Virus record (IMG/VR): IMGVR_UViG_3300040946_000134
Coordinates: 1 to 58,071 of that record
Source: a virus
Lineage: Duplodnaviria > Caudoviricetes
Strand: one strand, 5' to 3'
DNA length: 58,071 bases
A program made the position numbers and the translations under genes. Below the pieces are notes generated by a model. The model made no database searches. It worked only from the letters and a program-made list of their open reading frames with translations, and was not told the DNA's origin. Every line of letters begins with the position of its first letter. The first letter of the stretch is position 1. Positions 34,552 through 44,099 of this stretch are shown in pieces.

Positions 34552-34845
34552 TCATGGTTCGTTTATGGTTCCGTCCCGCTTCCACTTCTCAATCAGGGCC
34601 TCGATCTCCATCTCGTGCGGTTCCATCCCTTCAGCCGTTTCGGAGAAGGATTGCGGGAACAGCTCTGCCACCAAGGACCGAGCGTGGTTACGCTCCCTGA
34701 CTAGCTGCCGAATGATCATGTGAATCCCGTAAAGATCCCCGGAGCACTTAACGTCCGCCGTGGATGGGTTTCCCTCGCAGAGTGCACGTAGGGTTTGTAT
34801 TTCCTTCTCTTCCGGGGCGCTCATGGTTTCTCCCCTCTCGTCCAC
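34552..34845 (-). CDS. Hypothetical protein
   Basis: ORF in run of small genes; start may be the second ATG. Confidence 0.5.
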   Translation of the reverse strand: MDERGETMSAPEEKEIQTLRALCEGNPSTADVKCSGDLYGIHMIIRQLVRERNHARSLVAELFPQSFSETAEGMEPHEMEIEALIEKWKRDGTINEP

Positions 34846-35123
34846 ATGGGGTATTTAAGTGGGGCCCCAGTCTTAGGATCATATCCGAAGTTGCCCTTCC
34901 CGTCATATCCCGGTCCTGGGCTTACGTTAACAATCGCCCCATGCGTGCGAATTTCCCCTAATTCCTTGGGGTTCATCTTCGCGGCATCTATGATCACCTG
35001 GGTAACCGCATACGCGGACTCGATGATGAAAGCCGCCTGCTGGGAAACGCTACGCTTATTCGCCTTCGCGTCCTTCCGGAGAAGCGCCCCCGTCTTAGGA
35101 TTTAATCGTATGTGGAAGTCCAC
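34821..35123 (-). CDS. Hypothetical protein, possible ribbon-helix-helix (Arc-like) N-terminus
   Basis: FHIRLNPK...LRKDAKANKRSVSQQAAFIIE; TTTACA promoter-like motif near 35153. Confidence 0.5.
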   Translation of the reverse strand: MDFHIRLNPKTGALLRKDAKANKRSVSQQAAFIIESAYAVTQVIIDAAKMNPKELGEIRTHGAIVNVSPGPGYDGKGNFGYDPKTGAPLKYPMWTRGEKP

Positions 35124-35171
35124 TTTCCCCAGTTAGGGGAAGCAGACGCCCGTGTAAAGAGCGAATTAGCG

Positions 35172-36806
35172 TTATTCCTCGCCGGCCGCTCTGCTTCCCT
35201 GGGTCGAGCCTGGGGCCTTGTTTCCCGGGCCGTCTCCTGCCGCGCTCTCTCCAGCTACGGCCAATTTGTCGCGCTCCAGTTGGTCATCCATGAGCATGGA
35301 CGGCATAACCTGCCGCGTGCCGTTCATGATTTCCGTGTCCTCAGTCAGGACTCCATCCTTGCGGGCCTGCTCCGACGCCTCCTTGCCCGTGAGCAGACCG
35401 CTCTGGAACCAGGAAAGCGCCCTTGCGCTCCTCTGGGTCAGGACCGTCTCCTGATCCGTTCCGCTCATCTCCCGGAGCGGACGCCACTTGACTTCCAGGC
35501 TATCGGGTACGAACCCGAAGAGCTGCTGGCAACGGAGTTCCCCGACGCCTATGACGATGGGCTCGATCTCGTCCCGGAATGTCTGGACCTGGGCGTTGTA
35601 GTTCTCCAGGGCGTCCTGCCCTCCACCGAACCCGGTTGCTGAGTCTCCGAAGAGTTTGTTCAGCGGGAAGCGCAGCGCCGCGGCCAGGTCCAACCGACCC
35701 TGTTGCCTGATCTCCGCCAGTCCACCGAACGTCAGCTGCTTCTGCTGGTAATCATCCTTCTCATCCAGCACGATCGCGTTGTGGTAGTTCTTGACCTGGT
35801 TCACCACCTCCATCGTCCGGAGCACCTTCTCGTTGGCTCCCCGTGCGAGCTTGGTTGAGGCGAAGTTGGCCAGCTTGTAAACGTCCACCTTGGCCTGGTC
35901 CAGAAGCTCGAAGATCAGATTCTCGAACTTCAGGAAAGCATTTATCGGCCTAATGCAATGCTCCACCTCGCTCATCCCCCAGCCCTGTAGCCTAAGCCTG
36001 ATGAAGCTCGGGGCCTCATTCCACAGGAACTTCATCACCCGGCTTCCGTTCAGCGGGTAGCCGTAATAATTGAATGGGCAGGGGAGGTTGTCCGCGAATA
36101 TGTTCGTGGATCCCAGGGTCAGCTCCCAGCGGTCCGCGGGTATGAACTCTAAGGGAGTCCCTTCGTTGATCCCCTCGACGTCCAGCTCTTTGCGGAAGTC
36201 TTGATCGACGTTGATTATGGCCCCGGAACCGCCGAAGAGCCGCCCCCAGTAACCGACGTGTTTTATGGCAGACATGTCGGAACGCTGAAGATCGTTTCCC
36301 GCGTTGTATTGGACCTTGGCCCCGATGGAGAGCCGCGACGCCTTCACCTCGCTCCTTCGGCGCTGCCGCTTCATCACCCGCATCAGGAGTTTCAGGTCGT
36401 CCGAGTCCAACTCCTTTCCGGCCGTGAACTCGAAGCCTCCGTGGAAAGCGTCGTCCACGGGCTCCTTAACCACCGTCCGTAGGAATCCCTGGGTCATGTA
36501 GGCGTAGCTGAGCAGTATCCGGTTCAGCGAAATCGGTACGTAATTGTTCGCTACCGAAAGGGTGATCGGCCCGGAAACCGTGGAGCTGTTGTACGGGACC
36601 GCCGGGAATTGGTCGAAGAGCGCCGCCGTGTTGAAGTACGAGCCGGACGAGTTCGCCCTCTCCTTGTTCTCCCGCTCCGCCTCGGCAAGCTCCCGCCTCA
36701 GGTCTCCGAGGAGCATCCGGCCTAGCCGCAGGGTCTTGCCGGCCTCATCCTCAGCGGGCCTACCGCGCCCGTCCAGAAGTTCTATTTCGCGTGAGTTAGA
36801 TCGCAA
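35172..36806 (-). CDS. Portal protein (DUF1073-like)
   Basis: VVKEPVDDA, WGRLFGGSG, QGWGMSEVE, LDEKDDY, PLNKLFG.SATGF, ALENYN motifs; follows terminase. Confidence 0.9.
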   Translation of the reverse strand: MRSNSREIELLDGRGRPAEDEAGKTLRLGRMLLGDLRRELAEAERENKERANSSGSYFNTAALFDQFPAVPYNSSTVSGPITLSVANNYVPISLNRILLSYAYMTQGFLRTVVKEPVDDAFHGGFEFTAGKELDSDDLKLLMRVMKRQRRRSEVKASRLSIGAKVQYNAGNDLQRSDMSAIKHVGYWGRLFGGSGAIINVDQDFRKELDVEGINEGTPLEFIPADRWELTLGSTNIFADNLPCPFNYYGYPLNGSRVMKFLWNEAPSFIRLRLQGWGMSEVEHCIRPINAFLKFENLIFELLDQAKVDVYKLANFASTKLARGANEKVLRTMEVVNQVKNYHNAIVLDEKDDYQQKQLTFGGLAEIRQQGRLDLAAALRFPLNKLFGDSATGFGGGQDALENYNAQVQTFRDEIEPIVIGVGELRCQQLFGFVPDSLEVKWRPLREMSGTDQETVLTQRSARALSWFQSGLLTGKEASEQARKDGVLTEDTEIMNGTRQVMPSMLMDDQLERDKLAVAGESAAGDGPGNKAPGSTQGSRAAGEE

Positions 36807-36810
36807 TTCA

Positions 36811-37110
36811 TTACGGCATCGAGCGGAGCCGATTAAGGTGCTCCGTTGTCCGCGCTGCGTTGTCCGCGTGCATGTGTCCTGCGAAGGCGCTCCGGGTGGC
36901 TCCTCCCGATCCCATGGGGCCCTTCATTGGATCCAAGGGCATCTGAGACTGCTCATTCGTTCCGTCCAAGGGTCCGCCGGGCTCGTCGTTCTTCCGGTCC
37001 GCGTTACTTAGGGCTGCCGCAACTGAAACCTTCTGCGGATGCCCTGCCTTGACCATTTCCTCAATGTTGTGTCCTATAACCTCGCGGCTTGAGCCCGGTT
37101 CGAGTGGCAT
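36811..37110 (-). CDS. Small head-associated hypothetical protein
   Basis: [34 protein letters not shown] motif seen in phage head modules; TTGACA promoter-like site at ~37141. Confidence 0.6.
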   Translation of the reverse strand: MPLEPGSSREVIGHNIEEMVKAGHPQKVSVAAALSNADRKNDEPGGPLDGTNEQSQMPLDPMKGPMGSGGATRSAFAGHMHADNAARTTEHLNRLRSMP

Positions 37111-37155
37111 GGAAGTGTGATTTAGACCGCCTCAGGGCGCTGTCAAGATCTGCGT

Positions 37156-38367
37156 TCAGCCGTAAAGGGACAGGATGCCGCCCACGCCCGTCCGGGCCTT
37201 CTGCCTTGCGAGGGCGAGCGCGCACACCCCATCGTCATTATAGCCCTGGGGGGCCGTGTAGCGAACTCCGGTCCTCGTGTACTCATATTCGAAGCATTCC
37301 AGCTCCGCCCTCAGCCGCGGGTCCGAGTATCGAAACGCCCGCTGGTGCAAATCCGCCGCCAGCCCCTCCATGATCTGCTGCTTGGACTGGGCCGTGAATT
37401 TGAACCCCTCCACCTCAGTCAGCTGCTTCTGCAAGTCCTCCACGATTGGGTCTCCCACCCCGGTAGAGTCTATCAGGGCCGGTTTGTTCCCGATCATCTC
37501 CACGAGGCGATTCTTGGTCACGTCCCACGGCCCCTGCCATCGCTCCGATACTGACGCCCTGTTCTCCTCATCCAGCCCTATGACCCAGGTCCAGTCCACG
37601 GACTTGGCCAGGTCCACCCCGAAGATCATCGGCTCCGTTCCTGGAGACTGAGGCAAGAAGCAGTCCTCGATAGCCTTCATCCCAAATGGGTTTCCGCCGT
37701 CATCCGCGGGCTCCGCCAGGTACAGCTCCTTGAAGACTTCCGGCGGCAGCTTGCTCTTGGCGTCCGCTATCTCGTCCGCGGAAAGGATGCCGGCCGCAAC
37801 CGCGTCCGCCGCTATGAGCTTGGAGTATTTCATCCCAGGCTCCCCGGCCTCCGCTTTCCGGCAAAGGGCGAAAAACCAGTTTCGCCTCCCCTTCACGTTC
37901 CCGATCATCCTGATCGGTCCCCGCGTGGCCGTCAGCGTTGTGCGGATGGCATACCAAGATGCCTCTCGAACCCTCGACGCCTCGTCGATAACGCAAGCAT
38001 ACACGTCCTCCCCGTACAGGGAGTCTGGATCATCCGCGCTCTTGAACCAAATGACCGCCTTGTTCGGAAGGGTGATGGTCAGGTTGCTCTTGTTTGTTAT
38101 CCGGTAGGCCAGGGGAATCCCAGCGCTCATCCTTCGAAACGCTATGTCTGCCTGGGGGAAGATTGGGGCCACCCACCAGAAATTCCGGTTGGGCTTGGAT
38201 TTCATGGCCTGCTCCGCAAGCCAGCAAATCCCCGAGACGGTCTTGCCGGATTTGGTCGATGCCTCTATGCATCCAAACCGCTCCTCGTGGAACATAGCCT
38301 CCAGCTGCTTGGGATACAACCAGGGGCGTCTGTAAGTGATGTTCTTACCCGCCTGCTGTTGGTTCAT
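37156..38367 (-). CDS. terL: Terminase large subunit
   Basis: Walker A STKSGKT, WWVAPIFPQA, Walker B CVIDEA, FGVDLAKSVDWT nuclease, DSTGVGDP, DDGVCALALA. Confidence 0.95.
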   Translation of the reverse strand: MNQQQAGKNITYRRPWLYPKQLEAMFHEERFGCIEASTKSGKTVSGICWLAEQAMKSKPNRNFWWVAPIFPQADIAFRRMSAGIPLAYRITNKSNLTITLPNKAVIWFKSADDPDSLYGEDVYACVIDEASRVREASWYAIRTTLTATRGPIRMIGNVKGRRNWFFALCRKAEAGEPGMKYSKLIAADAVAAGILSADEIADAKSKLPPEVFKELYLAEPADDGGNPFGMKAIEDCFLPQSPGTEPMIFGVDLAKSVDWTWVIGLDEENRASVSERWQGPWDVTKNRLVEMIGNKPALIDSTGVGDPIVEDLQKQLTEVEGFKFTAQSKQQIMEGLAADLHQRAFRYSDPRLRAELECFEYEYTRTGVRYTAPQGYNDDGVCALALARQKARTGVGGILSLYG

Positions 38368-38632
38368 CCGAGGTCACCCGGTCCAACAGAATCGTGAACG
38401 TGGCCGGACCCTCTCCGCCCTCTCCAGAGAATACCACCGGGGCCTTCCCCCAGGCTCGGTTGAGCAAAACCTCCGCGGCCTTCACCTTCGATTGATCCCG
38501 GGCTGATGGGTCGCTTAATATCCGCTTGAGTTCACGGATGCACAAAGGCGTCAGCTTGCGGGCCTCCATGGTCACGTCGTTCAGGCCTTTAGGCCGTCCG
38601 CCGGGATTTCCTGATATGCCTTTGACGAACAT
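38345..38632 (-). CDS. terS: Terminase small subunit (DUF5681-like)
   Basis: FVKGISGNPGGRPKG, AAEVLLNRAWGK; directly upstream of TerL. Confidence 0.75.
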   Translation of the reverse strand: MFVKGISGNPGGRPKGLNDVTMEARKLTPLCIRELKRILSDPSARDQSKVKAAEVLLNRAWGKAPVVFSGEGGEGPATFTILLDRVTSDEPTAGG

Positions 38633-38706
38633 TGAGGGTTTTTGTTTTCAGCGACTCGCTAGGCTGGTTTTCTTGTTAAACGGATACCCCTCCACGATGC
38701 CTCCTG

Positions 38707-39006
38707 TCAAGATTCCTTTGTGTGGTTTCGGTTTAGATAAGCTATGAGGGCCTTCCGGTCATAGAATACCAAGGAGGGCACGGTTTGCTTCGGATCTAGG
38801 TAAACATCTATCGAGCCTGAGTCCTCGTTTCCCCTTTTCATTTCGGCCGCCGTGCGCTCTTGAACCGATTGTGATACATCCGGACGGCAGACTATTCCGA
38901 CTATCGGTTTAACATTAAATCCGCGCAGTTTCTCGCATAGGTAAATGAGGGACTTCCAGTCGATTTCTGTAACCGCCAAGGGTTGTGTGTTCATCTGTCT
39001 CTCCAC
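38707..39006 (-). CDS. Hypothetical protein
   Basis: ORF track. Confidence 0.5.
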   Translation of the reverse strand: MERQMNTQPLAVTEIDWKSLIYLCEKLRGFNVKPIVGIVCRPDVSQSVQERTAAEMKRGNEDSGSIDVYLDPKQTVPSLVFYDRKALIAYLNRNHTKES

Positions 39007-39022
39007 TCCTTGCCAGATATGG

Positions 39023-39475
39023 TTATCGTTTTGGCTTAATCCCGAAGATGTTCTTTCCGTCTAGATGGTCCGTTTCGTGTTGGAAGATCCGGGCATTCAG
39101 GCCGCGCATTTCCCGCTCGATTTGATTTCCGTTCACGTCCGTGTACCGGACCGTGATGCGCTCCGCCCGCTCCACGCTCCTGGTTCTTCCGGGGAAGCTG
39201 AGGCAGCCCTCTATCCCGTCCTTGTATTTGTCTGCTTGGATTATGGAGGGGTTGATGACCACGGTTAGGTGCTCTGGGCGCAGTCCATAGATGAAGAAGC
39301 GTAGAGGTATTCCTACTTGGGGGGCAGCTAGACCTATCCCGCGGGCGTGGTTGGGGGCGCGCATTAGGGCCTTCATGGGTTCGATGTCTGGCAAGATGCC
39401 GTCGATTTCCTTCACGGCTGCGCATACCTCCCAGAGAAGGTACCAGTCTGGATCTGTTGGGGCGAGGATCTTCAT
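39023..39475 (-). CDS. def: Peptide deformylase
   Basis: GIGLAAPQVG, EGCLS, QHETDHLDG signature motifs. Confidence 0.95.
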   Translation of the reverse strand: MKILAPTDPDWYLLWEVCAAVKEIDGILPDIEPMKALMRAPNHARGIGLAAPQVGIPLRFFIYGLRPEHLTVVINPSIIQADKYKDGIEGCLSFPGRTRSVERAERITVRYTDVNGNQIEREMRGLNARIFQHETDHLDGKNIFGIKPKR

Positions 39476-39538
39476 CCTTATCGTTTAACACTTCCGGCTA
39501 CCAGCCTGCGGGTGCGGCGGCGATGGTGAGGAGGGGTG

Positions 39539-40051
39539 TCATACAACCTCCCTTAATGTTCGGGCGGTTAGGTCGAACGCCTTTGGGTTTGTGGCGATCA
39601 GTTCTCCGTAAAGGTCAATGACCTCGGGCGCGAACCGGGCACCTATGGCGCGCAATCCGGCCACGTCGGAATGAGTGCAAAACAGCGCCACATCGCCGCG
39701 AATGTCCCCATAAAACTCGTCGGCAGCGCCAAACAAAAAAGAGACGTTCTTCGGCTTCTTTTCCAGCAAGACATTGGCGAATACCCAGGACCACATTGGG
39801 TTTGCCTCGATGCAGTAAACCCTCTTGGCAATCAGCCCAAGGTGCATCGCCAAGAGTCCGATACCGCCGCCTATCTCGACGACGGTTTTCCCGGCAACGC
39901 GCTCAGCAAGGTATTCAGCGACCAAGTTGGCGCGTTCATCGTCATAAACGGTAAGCACCGCAGCAGAGTCAATGCCGTGCCGCTGTGAATAAGCCTCTAC
40001 TTGTGGCGCACCGTCCATTGCTTCATACACTTTGTTGAGAATTGCGTTCAT
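39539..40051 (-). CDS. Class I SAM-dependent methyltransferase
   Basis: GKTVVEIGGGIGLLA...VYCIEANP. Confidence 0.8.
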   Translation of the reverse strand: MNAILNKVYEAMDGAPQVEAYSQRHGIDSAAVLTVYDDERANLVAEYLAERVAGKTVVEIGGGIGLLAMHLGLIAKRVYCIEANPMWSWVFANVLLEKKPKNVSFLFGAADEFYGDIRGDVALFCTHSDVAGLRAIGARFAPEVIDLYGELIATNPKAFDLTARTLREVV

Positions 40052-40341
40052 GGCTTGCCCCTCCCGGCGAGTCCGAGGCTGCGCAGGACGGCGCGGCCAA
40101 TTGAAGTTTTCGTTTGCGGCGTAAGTTCTACTCCAATGCAACGCGGGTGCGCACAAAGGGCGTTGATGACCTGCTCCACCATCCGTTCCACAGATTCGCG
40201 GTCGGTCGGCAGCACGGCTTCCCTTGCCACTCGCCAAACATGGCCCTGACTCAGAACCTCTCCCCGCGAGCGCCCCACGGCGACAATGCAATCCTTGTCG
40301 TCGTGGCCGATCCAGAGTCGTCTCGCCTTAATCGCCTTCAC
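40048..40341 (-). CDS. Hypothetical protein
   Basis: Coupled ORF. Confidence 0.5.
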   Translation of the reverse strand: MKAIKARRLWIGHDDKDCIVAVGRSRGEVLSQGHVWRVAREAVLPTDRESVERMVEQVINALCAHPRCIGVELTPQTKTSIGRAVLRSLGLAGRGKP

Positions 40342-40955
40342 GTTGCCCTTTCTCCCGGCTCGACGGCGTGGGACTTTCCCGCCGCTCCGAGGAGGGCGAG
40401 TAGCACTTCCTCTATCTTTGCGAATTGTTCCAGCGATTCAGGACTAAGCTTGTCGCCCCAAACCATCGTCCACGACTTCGCCAATAGCAGCAGGTCGGTC
40501 ACCTTCTCCAGCACGCCGCGGTCGATCACGGCGAGGTTGGAATAGGATGCGGAGGTGATCACGTTGGGCGGTTTGGCCCACGGCTTACCCTCGGCTGTTT
40601 CGAGAGCAATAAATTCATCCGTGGTCTTGCGAATGTCCACGTGATCCTTTTCGCCCCCCAATTCTTCCTGTGCCGTTTGTCGCCGTTGCAAGAAATCCCA
40701 ACGGTTTTTGTCCTCCCTCAGCGCCACCACCTCCGCCTTCCCCGCGTCCCGCTCGCCCTGCGCCTTTTCTAGTTCGGCGCGGAGGGTGGCGGTGTGCTTG
40801 TCGAGCACTTCGTTGATTATCTTCATGCGCTCGTCGATGTCCTTAGACACCATCGTCATAATGCGACCCTTAAAGAGCCGTTGAAAAATAGCCGTGGCGG
40901 GATCGCTGTAGGGTTCAGCCGCATCCCTCGCGGCGGGTGGGGTTTCGTTGCTCAT
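40338..40955 (-). CDS. Hypothetical protein (coiled coil)
   Basis: Coupled ORF; LREDKNRWDFL motif common in small phage proteins. Confidence 0.55.
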   Translation of the reverse strand: MSNETPPAARDAAEPYSDPATAIFQRLFKGRIMTMVSKDIDERMKIINEVLDKHTATLRAELEKAQGERDAGKAEVVALREDKNRWDFLQRRQTAQEELGGEKDHVDIRKTTDEFIALETAEGKPWAKPPNVITSASYSNLAVIDRGVLEKVTDLLLLAKSWTMVWGDKLSPESLEQFAKIEEVLLALLGAAGKSHAVEPGERAT

Positions 40956-41127
40956 GGTTGAAATGCCTCCTCGGAAAAAGGATGTGGTGCGCTGTCCATC
41001 TCCTCAGAAATGGCATCGGACGCTTCGCCTCGGGTCATGTCGGCATCGTATGGGATGTGTAATTCGTCCATCAATGACTCCTGCCTGTCAGTATGCGGAA
41101 GTGACCGCCAACGGTCATTCTTTGGTT

Positions 41128-41502
41128 TCATATCTTGCTCCCTTTCTCGCCGCGTTGGGCGGCGTCTTTTAGCTGGTGGTCAAGAAGCTGCCGATAGTTG
41201 TCACAAAATCTTTCATCTCTTTGGTTGTGACGGTCATGCCAGTATTTTTCATCAAAGAGTTCAACGATGCACCCATTTGTCCAATGGCGTAGGCTGACAT
41301 GCCTGTGAGCCTCCAGCCAATCCAACCTCTCGCTGTCCTTCCGCGCCTCCGCAAGCTGCGCGGTGAGGGAGGTGATGTGCTGGCGAAGATCGGCGGTATC
41401 CTTGCCGTTAAGGACGCGTTCCTCGCGCATCAGCGTGTCAATCTCCTCAAGTCTTGCCGCCGCTAGCGGCTGTGGGTCGGGGGTCATGGGTTCTTGTTTC
41501 AC
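41128..41502 (-). CDS. Hypothetical protein
   Basis: ARKDSERLDWLE motif. Confidence 0.55.
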   Translation of the reverse strand: MKQEPMTPDPQPLAAARLEEIDTLMREERVLNGKDTADLRQHITSLTAQLAEARKDSERLDWLEAHRHVSLRHWTNGCIVELFDEKYWHDRHNQRDERFCDNYRQLLDHQLKDAAQRGEKGSKI

Positions 41503-42092
41503 GGTAAGGCTTGTTTCTTGGAATCCCTTTCTTGTTCCCGCTTTTTGGCGTCCGCTATTATCTTCGCTAGTTTTTCGTCCGCCTCTCGGTCTTCCCGTTT
41601 CATATCTTCAGCGGTAACTGCGGCGGTCATTTGGGTGCGAACCATTTGTTCTACTCCGACGGCCTCCTCCTGGGGTGAATATGAGAATCTTGTGACCATC
41701 GATCCATAAGGCCCCTCCGGGTCATGGAGCCAACGCTGTTCGCATTCGATCCGTAGGGCGTCTATCTCCTCGACGGTATAAGCTCTCTGGTGTGCCTGAA
41801 CCGCGGCTTTCAGCGCATCCGGGAAGGCGATCTGCACCATCTTCCAGAAAGCGACTCCTGCTTCATCGGGCTTCGCTCCGTCCTGGTACGTCACCGATCC
41901 GTCCTTCAAGGAAATCTGGACTGAGCCCCTTCCGCAGGCGAAGACCAGGTTAAGGTCCTGTGTTAAGGATGAGGAAATTATGCCCGTTCCATCCGTAGTT
42001 ATCTGTAGGTCTGTTGGGCCCGCGGGCGTCTTGCCAGTCTGGGCCGCAAGAGCGATAGCGGTTAGTGGAAAGAGAAGGGATATGATTTTCAT
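41499..42092 (-). CDS. Putative secreted hypothetical protein
   Basis: Signal-like MKIISLLFPLTAIALAAQ. Confidence 0.55.
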   Translation of the reverse strand: MKIISLLFPLTAIALAAQTGKTPAGPTDLQITTDGTGIISSSLTQDLNLVFACGRGSVQISLKDGSVTYQDGAKPDEAGVAFWKMVQIAFPDALKAAVQAHQRAYTVEEIDALRIECEQRWLHDPEGPYGSMVTRFSYSPQEEAVGVEQMVRTQMTAAVTAEDMKREDREADEKLAKIIADAKKREQERDSKKQALP

Positions 42093-42736
42093 TTGCGCGA
42101 TAAGTTAGCTAGCTTGAACCCGATTCTGTGGCCTAACCTGGAGACGGCCAGGATAACGGCGATTGCTCCAGACAGAAGTTCGGCTGTCTCCGCGTCGTCC
42201 GGGATAGATACGACCGTGGGCATCGTCTTGCGGCAAATCTCCGGCGTGGATTGGGTCCAAGCATATGGTTCATCTATGCCCGGGCTGTAAAGGTATGAAC
42301 CGGCCGGGCCGTAGGAAATCCAGCCATGTTCCGCCCCATCGGCGCTTTCTGCCTGTGGCTGGTAGTTCATTCCGCCGGGTGGCTGGATTTCATGAGCCGC
42401 GGTCGCTCCTTCTTCCCGTTCCAGGAATCCCGTGGGGCCATCGTCCGTTGGCTGGTCGTCCTGCGCTCCCGCCTCTACCGAGAAGGGTTCCACCTGGAGA
42501 TCCGAAACTGTTATCTGGTCCCATCCGTCCGCTGCTACCTCCGGGGAGATGGAAGGCGTCCCCGTCGTCGTTCCGCTGGATCCATGAACCGCGGCGGGTT
42601 TCGCGGTCTGCTTCACGTGTGGCTTCTCCGGCGCGTGATAGGTTGGGTGGTATCGCAGGTGGTTGAAATAGAGCGAGCCGCCCAAGAGAAGAAGAATTAC
42701 CAGCAGGATGATGATGCGCCTTCCGTTCATGTTCAT
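42089..42736 (-). CDS. Membrane-anchored protein with VPDSG/PEP-CTERM-like C-terminus
   Basis: N-terminal TM; C-terminal SIPDDAETAELLSGAIAVILAVSR. Confidence 0.55.
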   Translation of the reverse strand: MNMNGRRIIILLVILLLLGGSLYFNHLRYHPTYHAPEKPHVKQTAKPAAVHGSSGTTTGTPSISPEVAADGWDQITVSDLQVEPFSVEAGAQDDQPTDDGPTGFLEREEGATAAHEIQPPGGMNYQPQAESADGAEHGWISYGPAGSYLYSPGIDEPYAWTQSTPEICRKTMPTVVSIPDDAETAELLSGAIAVILAVSRLGHRIGFKLANLSRK

Positions 42737-42753
42737 GGGTGGAAATCTTCGGT

Positions 42754-43071
42754 CTATTTCGGAATAGGCTCCGCGCCCTTCCGCTCATCTGCAAGGCGCG
42801 TGCTGTGGGCGAAGGTGGGCCCGATGGCGGCCGTGCTTTTAAGCACCGTTTCTCGCAGGGTTTCCGGGGCAGACGCGAACACTTGAGCCGTTTCTTTGGT
42901 CCTCTTGCGGTCTGCGCCCCACATCACCAAGACGTTCGCCTCGCTCATTCCGTTCTCCTTGGCGTCGGTCTGGATTTGCTCCAGCAGTTCCGCGGGGAGC
43001 CTGAAGGCCCGGAAGATCCGCGCTTTCCCGGTCTTCGGCCTGCCTAGCTTCTTTTTTTCTGGTTCGCTCAT
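42754..43071 (-). CDS. Putative ribbon-helix-helix DNA-binding protein
   Basis: GRPKTG...FRLPAELLEQIQTDAKENGMSEANVL; TTGACA at ~43102. Confidence 0.6.
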   Translation of the reverse strand: MSEPEKKKLGRPKTGKARIFRAFRLPAELLEQIQTDAKENGMSEANVLVMWGADRKRTKETAQVFASAPETLRETVLKSTAAIGPTFAHSTRLADERKGAEPIPK

Positions 43072-43133
43072 GGCCCCCAGCTAGAACATATCGTTTAATA
43101 CTGTCAAACGCAAATTAGAGAATATGTGTAACC

Positions 43134-43526
43134 TTATTCAAACTCCTGCCGCCTTTTCGCCATCTCGCAAAGTTCCTGGTTGGTGTAGCCTCCGATCGCA
43201 ACCTCTCCGTGGGGCCCCACCGTGACCGGTGGCGACGTGACGTTGGGAAGTCGAATTTTAAAGTCCTCCGCGTGCTCCCCGTTGGCGTCCGTCACCACCC
43301 GGCCTATGGAAAGGATCTGGCCCTTCGGACGGTGTTCCCAGCGGTCCAGCATGACGGCCTCGATCCGCTTCTGGGCATCATCGTAGGCCTTCCGGCGTTT
43401 CGCCTCCTGAATCCTGGCCCGTCTCATGTACAACTTGTCGTGCCCGTAGAAGAACAGGAGCGCGAAGGAGGCTAGGACTATGCCGGCCACAGCCGCGGCC
43501 AGGATGAGTTGAACCCAGTGGCTCAT
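43134..43526 (-). CDS. Hypothetical membrane protein
   Basis: N-terminal hydrophobic helix. Confidence 0.55.
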   Translation of the reverse strand: MSHWVQLILAAAVAGIVLASFALLFFYGHDKLYMRRARIQEAKRRKAYDDAQKRIEAVMLDRWEHRPKGQILSIGRVVTDANGEHAEDFKIRLPNVTSPPVTVGPHGEVAIGGYTNQELCEMAKRRQEFE

Positions 43527-43575
43527 TATTTGGGCATTTTAGGCTGGTTTTGGTCTGAGTAAAGGACGTTTGGGG

Positions 43576-43956
43576 TCAGAACAGACCGAGTTGTTCCGCC
43601 GGAGGTTGTTTGCAGGCTGTTTTAGGCCCCTTGCTGGCTCGTTCACGCAAAGTGGAGGGCGGAGATACCCTTTCCGGCTCCCAGGCCTTGGATGGGCTGA
43701 AATCCGGCTTTTCGCTAGATCCGCTTGGGTCCGGACTGTTCGGGTCTGCTCTCCGTGCGTTCTGCCATCCCGTTCGGTATTTCCTGCCGTGCTCACTCTC
43801 CGTGTCGTTGTACAGGCGGTCGTCCCTCTTTCCGGCCGAGTAGTCTGCCGCGCCCTTGGCCGCGTAGTCGTACTGGATCTCGTTCACGTTTCTATGGGGA
43901 TGTCCAGTTCCCAATATGAGCGGTGCCAAAGGTTGACGGTTTTGCAACCCTGACAT
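43576..43956 (-). CDS. Hypothetical protein
   Basis: ORF track; start uncertain. Confidence 0.4.
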   Translation of the reverse strand: MSGLQNRQPLAPLILGTGHPHRNVNEIQYDYAAKGAADYSAGKRDDRLYNDTESEHGRKYRTGWQNARRADPNSPDPSGSSEKPDFSPSKAWEPERVSPPSTLRERASKGPKTACKQPPAEQLGLF

Positions 43957-44099
43957 CTTACCGGGATCATCCAGAACCTTTGGGCTTTACGAGCCATAAA
44001 GCCTATCTGTGGGCCTCGCGGGAAGTTAAGCCTGTTAATGGTTGTTCCCCGCAGGCGCGTCCCGACCGGGATTTCATCTGGAAGCTCAGTGGTTCTCAT
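43884..44099 (-). CDS. Hypothetical protein with CxxC
   Basis: Coupled ORF. Confidence 0.45.
   Translation of the reverse strand: MRTTELPDEIPVGTRLRGTTINRLNFPRGPQIGFMARKAQRFWMIPVRCQGCKTVNLWHRSYWELDIPIET

Noticed and set aside
35172-36806. Anti-CBASS Acb1 label sometimes attached to this family
   Set aside because: Position and motifs are those of a portal; no HxT phosphodiesterase domain evident
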